A program made the translations under genes and the position numbers. A stretch of 56,062 nt of DNA from Anaerolineae bacterium (lineage in GTDB: Bacteria; Chloroflexota; Anaerolineae; UBA7937). The notes beneath the pieces were generated by a model. The model did not search any database. It was not told the DNA's origin and saw only the letters and a list, made by a program, of their open reading frames with translations. Below are positions 53,404 through 56,062 of the stretch, in pieces (within the stretch, counting starts at the first letter, position 1; every line of letters begins with the position of its first letter). Where the stretch lies: positions 1 to 56,062 of the forward strand of contig DAOULQ010000104.1 of assembly GCA_034419095.1 (NCBI GenBank). The letters are read 5' to 3'.

Positions 53404-53783
53404 CGTGTCTATATGGGCTGTGATGATGGGATACTCCTCGCCTGGGATCAGTATGCTCTACCCATGTCGAAAGAGTGAGTATGTTTGGGAAAAAGGCATT
53501 GGCCAATCATACATGCGCACTACCGTGGCCGCCCCAATACGCCAACAAAGGTCTGGGCGGAAAAACCTGGCGAGATCGATCTAGGGGCGATGACATGGCC
53601 AACTCGGCGGGGTCTGAAAGTCGATGTATGGTCTTAGCAAAGAGCGTAGCTGAGACCCGCTTCCGGCTTGAGCTTAGTCCTCGCTACCTCTATTCTGGGA
53701 TAGCTCTATTAGCGGTGAATAGCGGTTGAGATCTGAAGGACGTAATCATCCGCCAGCGCAACCGAAACGTATAGGAACGGGAG

Positions 53784-54575
53784 ATGTCAGCGGCCATGAG
53801 AATCGTGCCAGAGAGGAAACTGCGGGTGGAAGGCCTACAGGTGGAAAGATACGCCGATCGATGCCAGATGGGAGCGGCTGCTGCTTTTCGGGTAGCGGCT
53901 CAGATGAAGACGCTCCTAGCTAGCAAGGAACGATTGTCGATGGTTTTTGCTGCCGCTCCATCGCAAAACGAATTCCTCTCCATCTTGTCTTCCTTGGATG
54001 GACTGGTGTGGGACAGGGTGGTTGCCTTTCACATGGACGAATACGTTGGCCTGACGCCTGAGGCTCCACAGAGCTTCAGGCGCTACCTGAAGGAACATCT
54101 ATTCGCGAAAGTTCGGCCAGGCACTGTTCACCTCATCAGAGGTGAGGCAGCCGACCTGCTGGCTGAGTGCCAGCGCTACAGCGAGTTGCTGCAGAGATAT
54201 CCTGTTGACATCGTGTGTGCTGGTATTGGCGAGAATGGACACTTGGCCTTCAATGATCCTGGTGTGGCAGACTTTGGTGATCGGGCCACTGTCAAAGTGG
54301 TAGAATTAGACGAGCGATGTCGGGCTCAGCAAGTTCATGACGGCTGTTTTACCCACATAGAGTTGGTGCCAGGGAAAGCCATAACCCTGACACTTCCTGC
54401 CCTAATGGCAGCACAGACAATCTTCTGCATGGTGCCCGGGCCGAGAAAGGCTGAGGCTGTCAAAGCCACAGTCAGAGGATCAATCGAAACCAGTTGCCCA
54501 GCCACTATCCTCCGTCAGCATAATCAGGCTATCCTGTTCCTCGATCGCGATTCAGCACGCTTGATCGAGGTCTAG
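53784..54575 (+). CDS. nagB: glucosamine-6-phosphate deaminase / 6-phosphogluconolactonase-family protein (NagB-like)
   Basis: FAAAPSQNEF, FHMDEYVG, GIGENGHLAFNDP. The start may be the second ATG at 53796. Confidence 0.8.
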   Translation: MSAAMRIVPERKLRVEGLQVERYADRCQMGAAAAFRVAAQMKTLLASKERLSMVFAAAPSQNEFLSILSSLDGLVWDRVVAFHMDEYVGLTPEAPQSFRRYLKEHLFAKVRPGTVHLIRGEAADLLAECQRYSELLQRYPVDIVCAGIGENGHLAFNDPGVADFGDRATVKVVELDERCRAQQVHDGCFTHIELVPGKAITLTLPALMAAQTIFCMVPGPRKAEAVKATVRGSIETSCPATILRQHNQAILFLDRDSARLIEV

Positions 54576-54744
54576 CACCTACCTTCCGGTGTAGCCTTCG
54601 GCGTCCCAACGGGTCAGGATGCTCTGATTGTCTTGCGTGGAAAGAAGAAACCGTGCCAGGGACGGTGTCGGAGATGAAGGCTACTTTGAGACAGGCAAAG
54701 TCCACAAGAAAAGGTTCGTATTTTGGCTTGTGTGGGGCCCCTGG

Positions 54745-55563
54745 ATGGAAGCATCTGAACTTCCGATCATCACGAGGAGCAGGCTTGTAGACGACCTGCG
54801 GAAACTCGGTGTACTGCCTGGTCAGGTGATCATGCTACACTCCTCCGTGAGAGCCATCGGATGGATTGTCGGTGGGCCTGACACTGTCATTCAGGCCCTG
54901 CTCGATCTTCTGACCCCTGAAGGAACGCTCATGATGTATATAGGCTGGGAAGACTCTCCATACGAGTTGGCCCAGTGGTCGGAAGAGAGGCAACGGGCCT
55001 ATTCGGAGGAGTGTCCCCCCTTTGATCCAGCCAGATCTCGGGCCTATCGAAAGTGGAGTATCCTAACTGAATACCTTCGCACCTGGCCAGGCGCATGTCG
55101 GAGCGATCACCCCGATGCTTCTTTTGCGGCGGTAGGTTCGCGTGCTCGTTGGATAACGGAGAACCATCCTCTGCAATATGGCTACGGTCCCGGTTCCCCT
55201 TTGGCTAAACTCTGCGAAACGGGTGGCAAGATACTTCTGCTGGGTGCACCACTCAACAGCATGACGTTACTACATTACGCCGAACACCTAGCCAGGGTGC
55301 CAGGAAAGCAGACAGTGCGCTACAAGATGCCAATCTTGCGCGATGGGCAGCGTGTGTGGGTCGAGATTGAAGAATTTGACACCACTCAAGGGATCGGGGG
55401 TCGGGACGCAGGGGAGTACTTCGAGACAATCGCCCGTGAGTTCCTATTGTCTGGCAAAGCTCACTTCGGGAAAGTCGGTGCAGCCCAATCATACCTCTTC
55501 GATGCTGCTGATCTTTCTGAGTTCGCCACAGAATGGATGGAACGCGCGTTTGGAAAGGGGTAA
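54745..55563 (+). CDS. AAC(3)-family N-acetyltransferase (aminoglycoside 3-N-acetyltransferase II/IV-like)
   Basis: LVDDLRKLGVLPGQVIMLHSSVRAIGWIVGGPDTVIQALLDLLTPEGTLMMY, GWEDSPYE, PPFDPARSRAY, RSDHPDASFAAVG, ILLLGAPLNSMTLLHYAEH, AQSYLFDA. Collinear with my recollection of AAC(3)-II enzymes. The track start at 54628 adds an implausible 39 aa. Confidence 0.8.
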   Translation: MEASELPIITRSRLVDDLRKLGVLPGQVIMLHSSVRAIGWIVGGPDTVIQALLDLLTPEGTLMMYIGWEDSPYELAQWSEERQRAYSEECPPFDPARSRAYRKWSILTEYLRTWPGACRSDHPDASFAAVGSRARWITENHPLQYGYGPGSPLAKLCETGGKILLLGAPLNSMTLLHYAEHLARVPGKQTVRYKMPILRDGQRVWVEIEEFDTTQGIGGRDAGEYFETIAREFLLSGKAHFGKVGAAQSYLFDAADLSEFATEWMERAFGKG

Positions 55564-55866
55564 TAGCTGGGACAGATGGGGGATTGAGTGGGTGGTTAAG
55601 CAACCCCTGTGCGCCAGGCTGACAGGGAAGATGAAAACGTACGAAGTGATGCGGATGTGAAATGGTGGGCGAAATGGGCAGAAGGGCAAGAGAAGGCTAG
55701 CACGTCCCTGAGGGTAATGATCTTTACTTCTCTAAGGCTTGAGCCTCTTGTGCCTAGTTGCGTTCCGCCGTGCCATGCGCGTCATTTCGGCGATTTGGGT
55801 TCTCCGCCCCATCCTGTTAGTCTAGAAGCCGAGGGAATATCTCACTCTGGGTAGCAGGGGACATAG

Positions 55867-56062
55867 GAGGCATTGTGCCATGCGGCATACAGTGCCTCCA
55901 AAGGAGCGGTCCTGGCCCTGACCTGTCCTCTGGCCATCGAATTGGCCCCTCATAGGATCACGGTGAATGCCATCTGTCCAGGTCCCACCTACACCGATAT
56001 GCTTCTAGGAGCGACGGATGCGGCTGAGAGGGAGGAACTAACCACCATCGCCCCTCTGGGGC
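55867..56062 (+). pseudogene. SDR fragment (catalytic Y-x3-K onward), preceded by in-frame stops; runs off the window
   Basis: [40 protein letters not shown] is a typical SDR core. In-frame TAG codons sit at 55852-55854 and 55864-55866, and there is no recognisable Rossmann N-terminus upstream. Confidence 0.45.

Noticed and set aside
53475-53729. 84-aa ORF in the long gap upstream of the NagB-like gene.
   Set aside because: No RBS, no recognisable domain and odd composition. It is treated as non-coding.
1-56062. CRISPR arrays, tRNA/rRNA genes, integrases, toxin-antitoxin or phage-defence genes.
   Set aside because: There are no regularly spaced direct repeats and no tRNA-like T-arm/acceptor patterns. 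No ORF has nuclease, helicase or methylase defence signatures. The window is metabolic throughout.

Overview
This 56-kb, moderately GC-rich bacterial chromosomal segment is essentially one large carbohydrate and amino-sugar utilisation island. All calls come from reading the supplied translations and the DNA by eye; no searches were run. About 40 intact genes lie in long co-directional arrays: minus strand from ~35.9 kb down to 0.75 kb, plus strand from 37.1 kb to 55.6 kb.

Contents:
- Three CUT1-type ABC sugar importers, each a lipoprotein binding protein plus two permeases. None has an ATPase gene.
- Four regulators: two HutC-type GntR, one ROK, and one FadR-type GntR that appears frameshifted.
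- Many amino-sugar enzymes: NagA, a NagB-like deaminase, two different SIS-domain proteins, a ChbG/YdjC deacetylase, two GH4 6-phospho-glycosidases, two GH42-like glycosidases, a CE4-like fusion protein, and ROK, BadF and PfkB kinases.
- A tightly coupled SDR / LarA-like / Gnd / GntK module next to two decayed IS elements.
- A MacB/FtsX-type transporter with a fused tandem ATPase, inserted in a nag operon.
- A tungsten-type aldehyde:ferredoxin oxidoreductase and a 2-hydroxyacid dehydrogenase embedded in a sugar operon.
- A PreA/DPD-like Fe-S flavoprotein and an AAC(3)-II-like acetyltransferase.
- No rRNA, tRNA or CRISPR array was seen.

The island also carries many gene remnants: a truncated Gfo/Idh/MocA gene, SDR relics and IS relics.

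Most noteworthy observations:
1. A LarA-type (nickel-pincer) enzyme sits in a gluconate/mannonate to pentose-phosphate operon with no larBCE nearby.
2. An AOR-family enzyme lies inside an frl-like / glucosamine-type operon.
3. A ~180-nt block (5' leader plus signal peptide) is ~93% identical between two otherwise ~30%-identical binding-protein genes, and the two copies are in inverted orientation.
4. An 11-14 nt box perfectly complementary to the 16S 3' tail lies 67-81 nt upstream of all three binding-protein start codons.
5. Candidate operators and promoters were found, including a DasR/NagR dre-like site.
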